Source: Verrucomicrobiota bacterium
GTDB lineage: Bacteria > Verrucomicrobiota > Verrucomicrobiia > Limisphaerales > AAA164-E04
DNA: 64,000 nt
Direction: 5' to 3'
NCBI GenBank assembly: GCA_047947115.1
Contig: CP170459.1
Coordinates: 5,792,001 to 5,856,000 of the forward strand
Shown here: piece by piece, positions 22,855-33,184 of the stretch
How positions within the stretch are numbered: position 1 is the stretch's first letter
Layout of the letters: each line of letters starts with the position of its first letter
Made by a program: the position numbers and the translations under genes
The notes under the pieces: model-generated
The model's input: only the letters and a program-made list of their open reading frames with translations
Database searches by the model: none
Told to the model about the DNA's origin: nothing

Positions 22855-23591
22855 GTTAAAATTTCAGGTTCTCCCTCTGTCACCAGAACCGTATGTTCAA
22901 AATGAGCCGAAGGCTTTCCATCCCGAGTAATCACAGTCCAACCATCCGGTTGAACCTGAACATCAGGGCTCCCCATGTTAACCATGGGCTCAATGGCAAT
23001 GGTCATGCCTGCTTTAAGTTTAGGTGAAGGCCCACCGTCCACAAAATTAGGAATCTGTGGTTCTTCGTGCATTTTTCGGCCAACCCCGTGGCCAACAAAT
23101 TCCCTGACAACACTAAAACCATTAGCTTCAACGTGCTTCTGTATCGCACGCGATATATCCACCACACGATTACCAGCGACAGCCTTGAAAATTCCTTCAT
23201 ACAGTGACTTTTCAGTCACATCCATCAAGGTCTGCACCTCCACATCGCAGCCTCCGGCCGCGACTGTCAAAGCGTTATCACCAATAAATCCATGGTAAAC
23301 AACACCAACATCCAAGCTGATGATGTCTCCAAACTGCACTATCCTTCCGCCCGATATCCCATGAACCACTTCTTCATTCACTGAGATACATGTGTAACAA
23401 GGATACCCCCTGTAACCAAGGAAAGCAGACTTGCCGCCATATTCTTCGATACGGCGAGCCGCATACTCATCAATTTCACGAGTAGAAATACTCGGTTGGA
23501 TTATTTTTGCGACATCCAGTAGAACGGCATTTGCCAAAGCACCGGCCTCACGCATTCCCTCAATTTCCTTGTCGTTTTTTGGACGAATCAT
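22812..23591 (-). CDS. map: Type I methionine aminopeptidase
   Basis: CISVNEEVVHG, GHGVG..MHEEP, EPMVN and SAHFEHT motifs. Likely start at ATG 23591. Confidence 0.97.
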   Translation of the reverse strand: MIRPKNDKEIEGMREAGALANAVLLDVAKIIQPSISTREIDEYAARRIEEYGGKSAFLGYRGYPCYTCISVNEEVVHGISGGRIVQFGDIISLDVGVVYHGFIGDNALTVAAGGCDVEVQTLMDVTEKSLYEGIFKAVAGNRVVDISRAIQKHVEANGFSVVREFVGHGVGRKMHEEPQIPNFVDGGPSPKLKAGMTIAIEPMVNMGSPDVQVQPDGWTVITRDGKPSAHFEHTVLVTEGEPEILTCATRMHSKVEASS

Positions 23592-23641
23592 TGATGAAAC
23601 CTTGGACAATTGAGGTGAAGGGAATGGTATGTATCCCCCTA

Positions 23642-25021
23642 TTAGAACCGACCCTTGATCTTTCCCTTTTTGAGGAAACCGTCATAATGACGGGTTAACA
23701 AATGGGATTCCATTTGCCGCATTGTATCCAGGACAACACCGACCGTAATCAACAGACTGGTGCCGCCAAAAAATGTAGCTGCGGCGAAAGGAATATTCAT
23801 CGCCCGAGTCAGGACAAGGGGGATAATTGCAATACCGGTCAGGAACATGGCGCCTGCAAAAGTGATTCGGCTCATCGTCCGGTGCAAAAAGTCACTTGTT
23901 GCCGTTCCGGGACGAACACCTGGTATGTAACCACCATATTTCTTCAAATCATCAGCAATCTGAATTTCATTGAACTGTGTCGCCACCCAAAAATAAGAGA
24001 AGAACAGGATCATCAGACCCTCAAGAAGCATGTAGCCACCACTTCCGTATGTGATCAAGGCACTGACTTCATCGAACACTTTAATTTCGGTAATACGTCC
24101 CAGTGTTGAGAAAATCTTGTCAGGAAACATCAAGATGGCCTGAGCAAAGATAATAGGCATAACACCGGCATAATTGACACGCAAAGGCATGAAGGAACTT
24201 CCACCAGAGTAGACTTTTCTTCCCACCGCACGTTGTGCATACTGAACAGGAATTTTTCGCTGAGCCTGGGTCACAGCAATCACGAGTGCTGTAACAGCTG
24301 CAAATATCACCAACATGGCAATAAAATGCGCAGGATTCCACTGTGCTTCCACACCTTCGACAGGGAAAAACATGCGGTATACCTGGCTGACGGCATCAGG
24401 AAGCCTTGCAAGGATGCCAATGGTGATCACGAGTGAGATACCGTTACCGATACCTCGTTCAGTGATTTGCTCGCCCATCCACATAAGAAGCAAAGTTCCA
24501 GTAGTCAAAACCATGACGGTCTGCAGTCGGTACCAAATGGGAGATTCCGAGAGAACCAGGTCACCAGTAAATCCTGGAAACAGCACCTCGGGTTTTTCCC
24601 ACCCCAAAGCCATCACAAATCCCTGCCCCAAACAAAGAATGACGGTTAAATAGCGTCCATATTGAATGATCTTTGCACGTCCGCCTTCCTCTCGGACCAA
24701 TTTGCTCAAACCAGGCAACACTGCTGTCATCAATTGTATGATGATAGTAGCACTGATGTAAGGCATGATCCCCAATGAGCCGATGGCACAACGCTCAAGA
24801 GCACCTCCAGTAAAGAGGCTATACATTCCCAGCAAGCTGTTATTGTTCTTTTGAGCTGCTTCAGCCAGGAATTCAGACAAGGCCGCTCCATCCAATCCCG
24901 GCACCGGGATCAAGGAGATGAGTCGACAAATCGCAAGCAACAGCAGCGTGAAAATGATTCTCGACTTGAGTTCCGGAATCTTGAAGCAATTGCTGAATGT
25001 ATTAAAAATGGACGCTAGCAT
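23642..25021 (-). CDS. secY: Preprotein translocase subunit SecY
   Basis: LGIMPYISATII, GIGNGISL, IPGVRPG and GGTSLLI motifs. Confidence 0.99.
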   Translation of the reverse strand: MLASIFNTFSNCFKIPELKSRIIFTLLLLAICRLISLIPVPGLDGAALSEFLAEAAQKNNNSLLGMYSLFTGGALERCAIGSLGIMPYISATIIIQLMTAVLPGLSKLVREEGGRAKIIQYGRYLTVILCLGQGFVMALGWEKPEVLFPGFTGDLVLSESPIWYRLQTVMVLTTGTLLLMWMGEQITERGIGNGISLVITIGILARLPDAVSQVYRMFFPVEGVEAQWNPAHFIAMLVIFAAVTALVIAVTQAQRKIPVQYAQRAVGRKVYSGGSSFMPLRVNYAGVMPIIFAQAILMFPDKIFSTLGRITEIKVFDEVSALITYGSGGYMLLEGLMILFFSYFWVATQFNEIQIADDLKKYGGYIPGVRPGTATSDFLHRTMSRITFAGAMFLTGIAIIPLVLTRAMNIPFAAATFFGGTSLLITVGVVLDTMRQMESHLLTRHYDGFLKKGKIKGRF

Positions 25022-25036
25022 GAGGTAATCAATTGA

Positions 25037-25513
25037 TTAAAGAGCACGCGGGCCCGTTTTTGGAATACGATCCACAACTTCGCAGGCGCCACCGGCGGCC
25101 TCAATCTTCTGCTTGGCCGAAGCACTGAAAGCCTGAACCTTGACTGTCAACTTCTTGCTAAGTTCACCATGTCCCAGAATTTTGATACCTTGCCCCTTAC
25201 CAGACGCCAGACCAGCCTTTTGCAGAGTTTCTACATCAATCACTGCATCCACATCAAACTGTTCCAAATCGGCCACATTGACGGGTATGTAATAAATGGT
25301 GTGTTCGGCGTTGTTGAAACCACGTTTGGGCAACTGGCGATAGATAGGCATCTGACCACCAGCAAAACCTTCACGCACACTGCCGCCGGAGCGCGCACGT
25401 TGTCCCTTATGGCCACGTCCACTGGTTTTACCCAGTCCACTACCCTCACCACGACCGAGACGCTTTCTGCGGTGCTTGGCACCAGGTTGGGGTTTTAAAT
25501 CATGTAGTCGCAT
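25037..25513 (-). CDS. rplO: 50S ribosomal protein L15
   Basis: GRGEGSGLGKTSGRGHKGQ and GGQMP motifs. Start moved to ATG 25513 (MRLHDL). Confidence 0.98.
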   Translation of the reverse strand: MRLHDLKPQPGAKHRRKRLGRGEGSGLGKTSGRGHKGQRARSGGSVREGFAGGQMPIYRQLPKRGFNNAEHTIYYIPVNVADLEQFDVDAVIDVETLQKAGLASGKGQGIKILGHGELSKKLTVKVQAFSASAKQKIEAAGGACEVVDRIPKTGPRAL

Positions 25514-25523
25514 AGAAATTTCC

Positions 25524-26186
25524 TTATACTGCTTCTGTTGTTTCTGCAGGAGCCGCTTCAACGGCAGCAGCTGCCGAAGGACGGATTTCCATTCCGCGTT
25601 TTGCGTAAATATCTTTCTTCAGTTTGAGTTGGCACAAAGCCTGAAGAGTTGCTTTGGCCACATTTGCTGCGTTTTTGGAACCAAGTGACTTGGACAACAC
25701 ATTGGAAACGCCAGCTGCATCGAGAACGGAACGAACAACCTTGCCGGCGATGACTCCGGTTCCCTGACAGGCAGGTTTTAAAAGGATGTTGGCACCATCA
25801 AAGACCGAGTTCACTTCATGTGGGATGGTGTCGTTGCGAAGTGAAACACTTACCATCTGTGTCCGTGCGTTGTCGCTTCCCTTTTTGATAGCGCTGGCAA
25901 CTTCACTTGCTTTGCCGAATCCTAGTCCGACCTTACCTTCACGATCTCCAACAACGACCAGCGCGCTGAAGTTAAAGCGTCGTCCACCTTTGACAACCTT
26001 TGATGACCGGTTGATGTAGATGACCTTTTCAAATAATTCCGGCCCTTTGTCTTCACCACCCGAACGGTCCTGATTGTCCCGGCCCCGGCCCCGTCGTTGG
26101 TTGCCACGTCCGTTTCCGCCACGACCACCGAATCCACGTGAATAACCGGAATTCTGATTTTGATTTTGATTTTGATTTTCAGCCAC
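25524..26186 (-). CDS. rpsE: 30S ribosomal protein S5 with an NQ/RG-rich N-terminal extension
   Basis: INRSSKVVKGGRRFNFSALVVVGD and GTGVIAG motifs; GTG start with an upstream AGGAG. Confidence 0.98.
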   Translation of the reverse strand: MAENQNQNQNQNSGYSRGFGGRGGNGRGNQRRGRGRDNQDRSGGEDKGPELFEKVIYINRSSKVVKGGRRFNFSALVVVGDREGKVGLGFGKASEVASAIKKGSDNARTQMVSVSLRNDTIPHEVNSVFDGANILLKPACQGTGVIAGKVVRSVLDAAGVSNVLSKSLGSKNAANVAKATLQALCQLKLKKDIYAKRGMEIRPSAAAAVEAAPAETTEAV

Positions 26187-26221
26187 GATGACTCTCCTAT
26201 GATATTAAAATGCTGTCTGTA

Positions 26222-26587
26222 TTAGAAAACGAGGCCACCTTCGCGTGCCGCATCGGCCAGGGCTTTCACTTTCCCGTGGTACTTGGCTCCACTGCGATCG
26301 AAGACAACTTTCTCAATTCCTGCTGATTTGGCGCATTCAGCAGCCTGGGCACCGATTTTTTCAGCACTGGCGACATTCGCTTTCATGCTCTCCCTGCCTT
26401 CTACAGATTTGTGCAAAGTGGAGACGGAAGCCAATGTGTGTCCTCTGGAATCGTCGATAAATTGGACGTAGATGTTTTTACCGGTAAACCGAACACTCAT
26501 ACGCGGACGCTCTCCGGTACCAACGACTTTCTTGCGCGTGCGCCAACGGCGCTTCTGAACCTTTACTATATGGGAATTTGTTTTCAT
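26222..26587 (-). CDS. rplR: 50S ribosomal protein L18
   Basis: RPRMSV and VVFDRSGAKYHGKVKALADAAREGGL motifs. Likely start at ATG 26587. Confidence 0.98.
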   Translation of the reverse strand: MKTNSHIVKVQKRRWRTRKKVVGTGERPRMSVRFTGKNIYVQFIDDSRGHTLASVSTLHKSVEGRESMKANVASAEKIGAQAAECAKSAGIEKVVFDRSGAKYHGKVKALADAAREGGLVF

Positions 26588-26634
26588 GGATGTATTGAAC
26601 ACGGATTTTGCCGTGGACGATCTGCCAATTAAAA

Positions 26635-27174
26635 TTACTGGACGGTCTTACCTTCCTTGCGTTTGACCTGTTCGTCGCTGTAGCGCACTCCCTTGCCTTT
26701 ATAGGGCTCCGGAGGATAAAAACTACGAAGCTCGGCGGCTACACGACCCACAACTTGTTTGTCTGGGCCTTCTATTTTAACCTTTGTACCGCCCTCTTCG
26801 ATGGTGATTTGTATAGCACTTGGCACAGGATATTTGATCTCGTGGGAGTACCCGAGATTAAGTGTGATTTCATTGTTGGCCAAAGCGGCCTTGAAACCTA
26901 CTCCTTGAATTTCAAGCTGCTTAACAAAGCCGGTGCTGACACCTGTGACCATGTTTTGTATCAAAGACCTGGTCAAACCATGCTGTGACTTCGACTCTTT
27001 ATCGTCCTTCGCTCTGGTGACGACGACCTGGTTTTCATTGACGGAAACCGATGCGAGTGAAGGGAAGTCCCAAGACAGCTTGCCCTTTGGGCCTTCAACA
27101 TCAATGTGTCTGTCTGTGACGTTAACTTTTACCTTTTCAGGAATATCGACTGGAATTTTACCTATGCGTGACAT
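26635..27174 (-). CDS. rplF: 50S ribosomal protein L6
   Basis: MSRIGK and PEPYKGKGVRY motifs. Confidence 0.99.
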   Translation of the reverse strand: MSRIGKIPVDIPEKVKVNVTDRHIDVEGPKGKLSWDFPSLASVSVNENQVVVTRAKDDKESKSQHGLTRSLIQNMVTGVSTGFVKQLEIQGVGFKAALANNEITLNLGYSHEIKYPVPSAIQITIEEGGTKVKIEGPDKQVVGRVAAELRSFYPPEPYKGKGVRYSDEQVKRKEGKTVQ

Positions 27175-27195
27175 GTGTCTGTATCCTTAAATTAT

Positions 27196-27579
27196 TTACC
27201 AAATGTAGCACAACAGCTCGCCACCGATATTGTTTCTACGGGCCTTGGTACCTGTCATGAGGCCTTGTGATGTTGAGACGATGGCAATTCCCATTCCGCC
27301 CAAAACTTTGGGAATGTTAGTGGCACCCACATAGCGTCTCAATCCGGGCTTGCTGACCTTTTTCAGGCCGGCAAACACGCCATTACGTCCATTGAACTTG
27401 AGTTCTATTTCAAGTTTTTTAATCGTGTCTCCGCTCACTTTATACCCGGAGATATACCCTTCAGCTTTAAGGATATCGGCAATATTTTCTTTGACTTTCG
27501 AATGGCGCATTTCCACCTTCGGCAACAAAGCCGAATTGGCATTACGCAAAATAGTCAACATGTCGGCAATAGGATCCAT
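27196..27579 (-). CDS. rpsH: 30S ribosomal protein S8
   Basis: DPIADMLT, SKPGLRRY and GGELLCYIW motifs. Confidence 0.99.
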   Translation of the reverse strand: MDPIADMLTILRNANSALLPKVEMRHSKVKENIADILKAEGYISGYKVSGDTIKKLEIELKFNGRNGVFAGLKKVSKPGLRRYVGATNIPKVLGGMGIAIVSTSQGLMTGTKARRNNIGGELLCYIW

Positions 27580-27599
27580 AAATCTATCAAACTTTCGGT

Positions 27600-27869
27600 T
27601 TACCAGCTGGCCTTGGTGACGCCTGGGATCAATCCGTGCAGGGCCATTTCGCGGAATGTGAGACGTGAGACGCCAAACTTGCGGAAATAGCCATGACGAC
27701 GACCACTGATCTTACAACGATTTACAACGCGAGTAGGACTCGCGTTACGGGGTAGTTGAGACAATCCTTCGTAGTCTCTTTTTGCACGTAGTTCGGCGCG
27801 CAATTCAGCATATTTGTCAACAGTTTGCTGCTTTTTCTTGTTTCGTTCTTTCCAAGCGGATTTTGCCAT
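27600..27869 (-). CDS. rpsN: 30S ribosomal protein S14 (89 aa, zinc-free type)
   Basis: [14 protein letters not shown] and IPGVTKASW motifs; only one Cys. Confidence 0.98.
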   Translation of the reverse strand: MAKSAWKERNKKKQQTVDKYAELRAELRAKRDYEGLSQLPRNASPTRVVNRCKISGRRHGYFRKFGVSRLTFREMALHGLIPGVTKASW

Positions 27870-27899
27870 AGGTCTTTGTCGTGTTAAATGCTGTGTAAA

Positions 27900-28439
27900 T
27901 TACTTGGTAAAAGGCATGCCCATCATGGTCAACAATTCATGGGCGTCCTTGTCGTTGGCCGCAGTCGTCACAATGGTGATGTCCATACCTTGTTGACGTT
28001 TGACTTTGTCCAATTCAATTTCAGGAAAAATACTCTGGTCATTAATTCCGAGTGAGTAGTTACCACGACCGTCAAAGGATCTTTTTGGGATACCACGGAA
28101 GTCGCGAATACGAGGCAATGCGGTGGTTACCAGTCGGTCAAAGAATTCCCACATGACATCTCGGCGAAGGGTAACTTTGCAGCCAATGGCTTGTCCTGCG
28201 CGCAATTTGAAATTAGAAACACTTTTACGTGCCAGACAGGTCACGGGTTTGCGCCCGGTAATGGTGGTCAGGTCGGCCGCAGCATGTTCCAGAGCACCTT
28301 TTTCCATCATTCCACTCACTCCCATATTAATGACGATCTTGGAGATGCCAGGCACCTGGTGGATGTTCTTGAACTTACCGTCGCCAATTAATTTCGGACG
28401 GACATCATTAAGGTATTTTTCGTAAAGTCTTGGTTTCAT
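27900..28439 (-). CDS. rplE: 50S ribosomal protein L5
   Basis: KIVINMGV, LPRIRDFRG and FDGRGNY motifs. Confidence 0.99.
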   Translation of the reverse strand: MKPRLYEKYLNDVRPKLIGDGKFKNIHQVPGISKIVINMGVSGMMEKGALEHAAADLTTITGRKPVTCLARKSVSNFKLRAGQAIGCKVTLRRDVMWEFFDRLVTTALPRIRDFRGIPKRSFDGRGNYSLGINDQSIFPEIELDKVKRQQGMDITIVTTAANDKDAHELLTMMGMPFTK

Positions 28440-28467
28440 AGGACCAGTATATCAGCAATGAAAAAGA

Positions 28468-28725
28468 TTAAGCATTGGCGCGTTTGGCATCGAAACGATC
28501 GGCTTTCATCACATTCGAAATGTGGATGGAGCCTTCGCGCTCCAGAATAGCCCCTTCGGGGTGTTGCTGGTTGCGGCGAACATGCTTCTTGATGATGTTG
28601 ATGCCTTCCACAATGACGCGCTCCTTCTTGGGCACTACCTGGATGATCTTTCCGCGCTTACCTTTTTCGGTTCCTGCGATGACGACAACCTCGTCGCCAC
28701 GTTTGACATGAAATTTAGTGGGCAT
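28468..28725 (-). CDS. rplX: 50S ribosomal protein L24 (short, 85 aa)
   Basis: KOW motif GDEVVVIAGTEKGKRG and IHISNV. Confidence 0.98.
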   Translation of the reverse strand: MPTKFHVKRGDEVVVIAGTEKGKRGKIIQVVPKKERVIVEGINIIKKHVRRNQQHPEGAILEREGSIHISNVMKADRFDAKRANA

Positions 28726-28730
28726 GGTGT

Positions 28731-29096
28731 TTAAATGACTTCAGGGGCCAGGGAAACAATTTTCATGAAACGTTTCTCACGCAACTCGCGGGCAACAGGA
28801 CCGAAGATGCGCGTGCCTTTAGGGTTTTTATCTTTATCAATGATGACCACGGCGTTCGAATCAAAGCGAAGGACAGATCCGTCCGCGCGATGAATAGCCT
28901 TTTTGGTACGGACCACGACAGCATTGACGACATCACCTTTTTTAACGGATCCATCGGGCGACGCCTCCTTGATATGCACTTTAAGGACATCTCCAATCTT
29001 GGCGTAACGCTGAGTTTTACCAAGTGCGGCGATCGCGGAGGCCTTTTTTGCGCCAGTGTTATCGGCGACATTTAAAATTGAGCGTAATTGTAACAT
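28731..29096 (-). CDS. rplN: 50S ribosomal protein L14
   Basis: [20 protein letters not shown] and SLAPEV motifs. Confidence 0.99.
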   Translation of the reverse strand: MLQLRSILNVADNTGAKKASAIAALGKTQRYAKIGDVLKVHIKEASPDGSVKKGDVVNAVVVRTKKAIHRADGSVLRFDSNAVVIIDKDKNPKGTRIFGPVARELREKRFMKIVSLAPEVI

Positions 29097-29116
29097 AAAT
29101 GTATGATTGCAGTGTG

Positions 29117-29389
29117 TCAGGCTTCAGCTTTATGCGTCACTTCCACCAGGCGCCAGCATTTGTTTTTGGACAAAGGCCGTGTTTCCTGGATGCGTACATG
29201 ATCTCCGATTTTCGCTTCGCTTCGTTCGTCATGAACATAGCATTTGCTGAAAACAGTAATGATCTTCTTAAACCGGGCGTGTCGAATGCGACGACGAACT
29301 CGCACGACGACGGTCTTGTTCATTTTGTCGGAAATTACTTCTCCGATGCGCAACTTGCGATGCCCGCGTTGATTGTTCTCTTCAGACAT
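29117..29389 (-). CDS. rpsQ: 30S ribosomal protein S17
   Basis: [14 protein letters not shown] and ETRPLSK motifs. Confidence 0.98.
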   Translation of the reverse strand: MSEENNQRGHRKLRIGEVISDKMNKTVVVRVRRRIRHARFKKIITVFSKCYVHDERSEAKIGDHVRIQETRPLSKNKCWRLVEVTHKAEA

Positions 29390-29401
29390 GTGTTTATAAA
29401 T

Positions 29402-29611
29402 TTATTGTTGTGCTTCTTGTCGGCGCAGGACAGACAGTTGGGTTTCTACTCTGGCAATTCCGCGACGCAGATCTCGCAGACGTGATGGTTTCTCCAACTG
29501 ACTGCTGGCTTTCTGCAACTTCAAATTGAAAAGTTCCTGTCTCAATTCATGGGATTTGGCCAGCAACTCAGGCTTGGACAATTCGACAACTTCTGAAAAT
29601 TTAACCGCCAT
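29402..29611 (-). CDS. rpmC: 50S ribosomal protein L29
   Basis: ELFNLKLQ..QLEKP..RRGIARVET pattern and operon position. Confidence 0.97.
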   Translation of the reverse strand: MAVKFSEVVELSKPELLAKSHELRQELFNLKLQKASSQLEKPSRLRDLRRGIARVETQLSVLRRQEAQQ

Positions 29612-29620
29612 ATAATTGTT

Positions 29621-30034
29621 CTATCTATGTCTTGAGATGAATTTTGTGCGAATAGGAAGTTTGGCAGCAGCCAAACGAAAAGATTCGCGTGCGACATTTT
29701 CCGGTACACCATCCACTTCGAAAAGGATGTTGGCCGGCCGGATTACAGCCACCCAACCTTCGAGAGGTCCCTTACCTTTACCCATACGAACTTCGAGAGG
29801 TTTCTTGGTATAGGATTTGTCAGGAAATATACGGATCCAAACTTTTCCTCTTCTTTTCATGTTACGGGTGATGGCAACACGTGCGGCCTCAATCTGTTTG
29901 TTGTCAAGCCAGCAACGCTCAAGGGCCTGCAGACCGTATTCACCGAATGAAACGGTCGCCCCTCGTCGTGCCAATCCGGCACGATTGCCGCGATGCATGC
30001 GCCGATACTTAACCCTGGATGGCATCAATGGCAT
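29621..30034 (-). CDS. rplP: 50S ribosomal protein L16
   Basis: QIEAAR, RIFPDK and RMGKGKG motifs. Confidence 0.99.
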   Translation of the reverse strand: MPLMPSRVKYRRMHRGNRAGLARRGATVSFGEYGLQALERCWLDNKQIEAARVAITRNMKRRGKVWIRIFPDKSYTKKPLEVRMGKGKGPLEGWVAVIRPANILFEVDGVPENVARESFRLAAAKLPIRTKFISRHR

Positions 30035-30073
30035 AATTCAATCTTTCTTATTTCTTTTGTTGAAATTTTGTTG

Positions 30074-30739
30074 TTAAACCTTCTCGGCATAAGCGTTACG
30101 ATCTGCTTTTTCCACTTTGATGTCGCCCTTACAGATCCAGCATTTCACGCCGAGCACTCCATATAGAGTTTTCGCTTCAGCAAATCCATAATCGATGTTT
30201 GCTCTCAAAGTGTGCAATGGAACTCGACCCTGATTGTAGGATTCTACTCGAGCCAATTCAGCTCCCCCCAAACGACCTGCACAACGGATACGAATGCCGT
30301 CTGCACCGAAATCCATGGTTGTTTGAATGGCTTTTTTCATGGCGCGGCGAAATGAAACACGGCGTTCCAATTGAAGAGCAATGTTTTCAGCAACCAACTG
30401 AGCATCGAGTTCGGGAGTTTTAACCTCCTGAATGTCCACGTAAACTTCCTTGCCGGTCATTAAACTCAGTTCCTCTTTGATCTTGTCGATCTCGGCACCT
30501 TTGCGACCGATGACAACACCAGGACGAGCTGTGTGGATGGTAACGCGGCAACGCGTAGCAGCGCGTTCAATTTGAATGCGTGGCACGGCCGCAGCTTCGA
30601 GCTTCTTCTTTAAAATGGCCCGAATTTGATAGTCCTCCGCCAGCAGATTGCCGAAATTCTTTTTGTCGGAGAACCACTTGGATCGCCAGTCACGATTGAG
30701 GGCGATTCTTAAACCGATTGGATTGGTCTTTTGTCCCAT
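30074..30739 (-). CDS. rpsC: 30S ribosomal protein S3
   Basis: [21 protein letters not shown] and [10 protein letters not shown] motifs. Confidence 0.99.
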   Translation of the reverse strand: MGQKTNPIGLRIALNRDWRSKWFSDKKNFGNLLAEDYQIRAILKKKLEAAAVPRIQIERAATRCRVTIHTARPGVVIGRKGAEIDKIKEELSLMTGKEVYVDIQEVKTPELDAQLVAENIALQLERRVSFRRAMKKAIQTTMDFGADGIRIRCAGRLGGAELARVESYNQGRVPLHTLRANIDYGFAEAKTLYGVLGVKCWICKGDIKVEKADRNAYAEKV

Positions 30740-30748
30740 ATGATTTGC

Positions 30749-31084
30749 TTAGCTGAGATCGGAAACTACAATTTTTACGTGGCAGGTACGTTTCAGGATG
30801 GGTCCTGCAGAACCGCGTGCTTTAGGTATGAAACGCTTCATCATCGGCCCTTGTCCTGCTACGGCCATCTTGACGACCAAAGATTCGGGGCTGGCGTTGT
30901 TGTTGTGTTCGGCATTGGCAATGGCGCTTTTTAACGTTTTGGCGACAACACGTGCTGATTTACGCGGCACGGCTCCTAAAACGGCAACAGCCTGCAATGC
31001 ATTCATACCCTGGATCTGGCGCACCACCTCACGCATTTTCTGCGCGGACATGCGGACATTTTTTGTAATGGCTTGTACTTCCAT
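30749..31084 (-). CDS. rplV: 50S ribosomal protein L22
   Basis: RMSAQK, SAIANAEHN and KRFIPKARG motifs. Confidence 0.98.
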   Translation of the reverse strand: MEVQAITKNVRMSAQKMREVVRQIQGMNALQAVAVLGAVPRKSARVVAKTLKSAIANAEHNNNASPESLVVKMAVAGQGPMMKRFIPKARGSAGPILKRTCHVKIVVSDLS

Positions 31085-31088
31085 ACGA

Positions 31089-31367
31089 TTACTTGGTCAC
31101 TTTTGCAGTGTGAGCTCCATGACCCTTAAAGGTGCGTGTAGGTGCAAACTCTCCGAGCTTGTGTCCTACCATATTTTCTGTGACAAACAGTGTGACGAAT
31201 GTCTTTCCGTTATGAATGTTGATGGTATGCCCCACGAAATCCGGGGTGATGGTCGATCTGCGTGACCATGTCTTAATCGGGCGCTTTTTATCCGCCTCAT
31301 TCATCTTATCGACTTTCTTCTGGAGACTGCCGTCGACGTAGAATCCCTTTTTGATTGAACGTGCCAT
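31089..31367 (-). CDS. rpsS: 30S ribosomal protein S19
   Basis: KTWSRRS and [13 protein letters not shown] motifs. Confidence 0.99.
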   Translation of the reverse strand: MARSIKKGFYVDGSLQKKVDKMNEADKKRPIKTWSRRSTITPDFVGHTINIHNGKTFVTLFVTENMVGHKLGEFAPTRTFKGHGAHTAKVTK

Positions 31368-31377
31368 AGGTCAAAAA

Positions 31378-32232
31378 TTACTTAAGCTTGTTTGGACGAC
31401 CATCGCGGCGTACCAAGATAAATTTGTTGGATGTTTTGTGCTTGTGACGTGTCTTGTATCCCTTGGCCAGCAGGCCCCATGGAGAAACAAGGTGCTGACG
31501 ACCACCACCGCCCTTGGATTTTCCGTTACCACCACCATTTGGGTGATCAACAGGGTTTCGGCAAGAACCACGAGTCAAGGGACGACGTCCGCGATGGCGG
31601 TTTCTACCGGCTGTTCCGATGATGATATTTTCGTGTTCGGTATTACCCACCTGACCGACTGTCGCCTGACATTTGCAGTGGATACGACGAATTTCACCGG
31701 ACGGCATCTTAATCTGTGCATATTCCCCGTCTCGCGACATCAATGTTGCGAAACTACCTGCGGTACGAGCAATCTGGCCACCACGACCAGGTGTCAATTC
31801 AATACTGTGAATTGTTGAACCGACCGGGATATTCGCCAAAGGCATGGCATTGCCGACCTCTGCAGGTGCTTCAGGGCCACTCTGAACCTTGGCTCCTACT
31901 TCAAGACCAACCGGTGCCACAATGTATCGCTTTTCGCCGTCCGAATACTGCAGGAGAGCCAAACGTGCTGAACGCATGGGATCGTATTCCAACGCGATTA
32001 CCTCGGCTTGAACACCTGATTTATTGCGACGAAAATCTACGGTGCGGATTTTCTGTTTATGACCACCACCAATAGCGCGGGCTGTGATGCGACCGTAGCA
32101 ATTACGACCACCCGTTTTCTTCTTGATCTTGGTTAGTTTCTTTTCCGGCTTCTTCTTAGTGAGGTTGGAAAAGTCAGCAACCGTTTGAAATCGGCGACCA
32201 GGTGTTAACGGTCTAAATGATTTTACTGCCAT
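31378..32232 (-). CDS. rplB: 50S ribosomal protein L2
   Basis: GGGHK, EYDPMRSA and NPVDHPNGGG motifs. Confidence 0.99.
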   Translation of the reverse strand: MAVKSFRPLTPGRRFQTVADFSNLTKKKPEKKLTKIKKKTGGRNCYGRITARAIGGGHKQKIRTVDFRRNKSGVQAEVIALEYDPMRSARLALLQYSDGEKRYIVAPVGLEVGAKVQSGPEAPAEVGNAMPLANIPVGSTIHSIELTPGRGGQIARTAGSFATLMSRDGEYAQIKMPSGEIRRIHCKCQATVGQVGNTEHENIIIGTAGRNRHRGRRPLTRGSCRNPVDHPNGGGNGKSKGGGGRQHLVSPWGLLAKGYKTRHKHKTSNKFILVRRDGRPNKLK

Positions 32233-32247
32233 ATTTTGCTCTCCCGA

Positions 32248-32529
32248 TTACGTTAATTCGATTTTGTCACCACTCTTGAGTGTGACCAGGGCTTTCTTCC
32301 AGTTAGCTGAACGTCCGGCCTGTTTGGTTCGTTGACGTCGTTTTTTGCCTCTTACATTGATCGTATTCACTCGAACAACAGATACCTTGAACAACTCCTC
32401 GACCGCGTCGCGGATCTGAAATTTGTTTGCCCGGGTATCGGCAACAACTGTGTATTGATTAAAATGATGGGACTGGTCTGTGCCTTTTTCGGTCACGCGT
32501 ACCGTCTTGATAATATCGTATGCGTTCAT
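32248..32529 (-). CDS. rplW: 50S ribosomal protein L23
   Basis: TEK, AVEELFKVSV and WKKALVTL motifs. Confidence 0.98.
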   Translation of the reverse strand: MNAYDIIKTVRVTEKGTDQSHHFNQYTVVADTRANKFQIRDAVEELFKVSVVRVNTINVRGKKRRQRTKQAGRSANWKKALVTLKSGDKIELT

Positions 32530-32539
32530 GGCCGTCTAA

Positions 32540-33163
32540 TTAGCTGAGTCTTGATTCCAATCCTGCGATCGCATCTTTAGTCATGACGATGCGATCAAAT
32601 TTCAAAGCGTCGTAAGTGTTGAGCGACTGGCTGGTCGTGATTCCAACATAGGGAATATTTCGTGCGGACAGTTGAATATTTTCATCAACGTTTGCCATGA
32701 CGAAAAGGGCCGTTCCGTCCACTTTTAAGTTGTTCAGAATATCCACCACAGCCTTTGTTTTGGGCTTTTCGAGGTTTATCTGATCCACAACCACCACTTC
32801 TCCGGACTTAATGCGTTCGCTCAGTGCCTTTTTAAGAGCAAGCTTGCGGGTCTTTTTATTGACATCCTTGCGGAAGTCTCTAGGGCGTGGTCCGAAAACA
32901 ACACCACCTCCACGCCAGATAGGGGATTGGAAAGAACCGGCACGAGCACGACCTGTTCCCTTTTGGCGCCAGGGCTTTTTACCCGTTCCGGCCACTTCGG
33001 AACGTGTCTTGGCGCAGGCAGTGCCACTCCGCTGTGAAGCCATGTAAGCTACAACGGTATCGTGCACAGCCTGGAGACCTTTCTCATCCTCCTCAATCAG
33101 GTCGAATGGTATTTCCCATTCTTCCAATGATTCGCCTTTTGTATTTTGAATGTTAATCTTCAT
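32540..33163 (-). CDS. rplD: 50S ribosomal protein L4
   Basis: KPWRQKGTGRARAGS and GGGVVFGPRPR motifs. Confidence 0.99.
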   Translation of the reverse strand: MKINIQNTKGESLEEWEIPFDLIEEDEKGLQAVHDTVVAYMASQRSGTACAKTRSEVAGTGKKPWRQKGTGRARAGSFQSPIWRGGGVVFGPRPRDFRKDVNKKTRKLALKKALSERIKSGEVVVVDQINLEKPKTKAVVDILNNLKVDGTALFVMANVDENIQLSARNIPYVGITTSQSLNTYDALKFDRIVMTKDAIAGLESRLS

Positions 33164-33184
33164 CTTTAAATCGCCCTTTTATGA

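Noticed and set aside
26150..26180. Hexamer tandem repeat (GATTTT)n
   Set aside because: Simply encodes the NQNQNQ stretch of S5; not a CRISPR or separate element.
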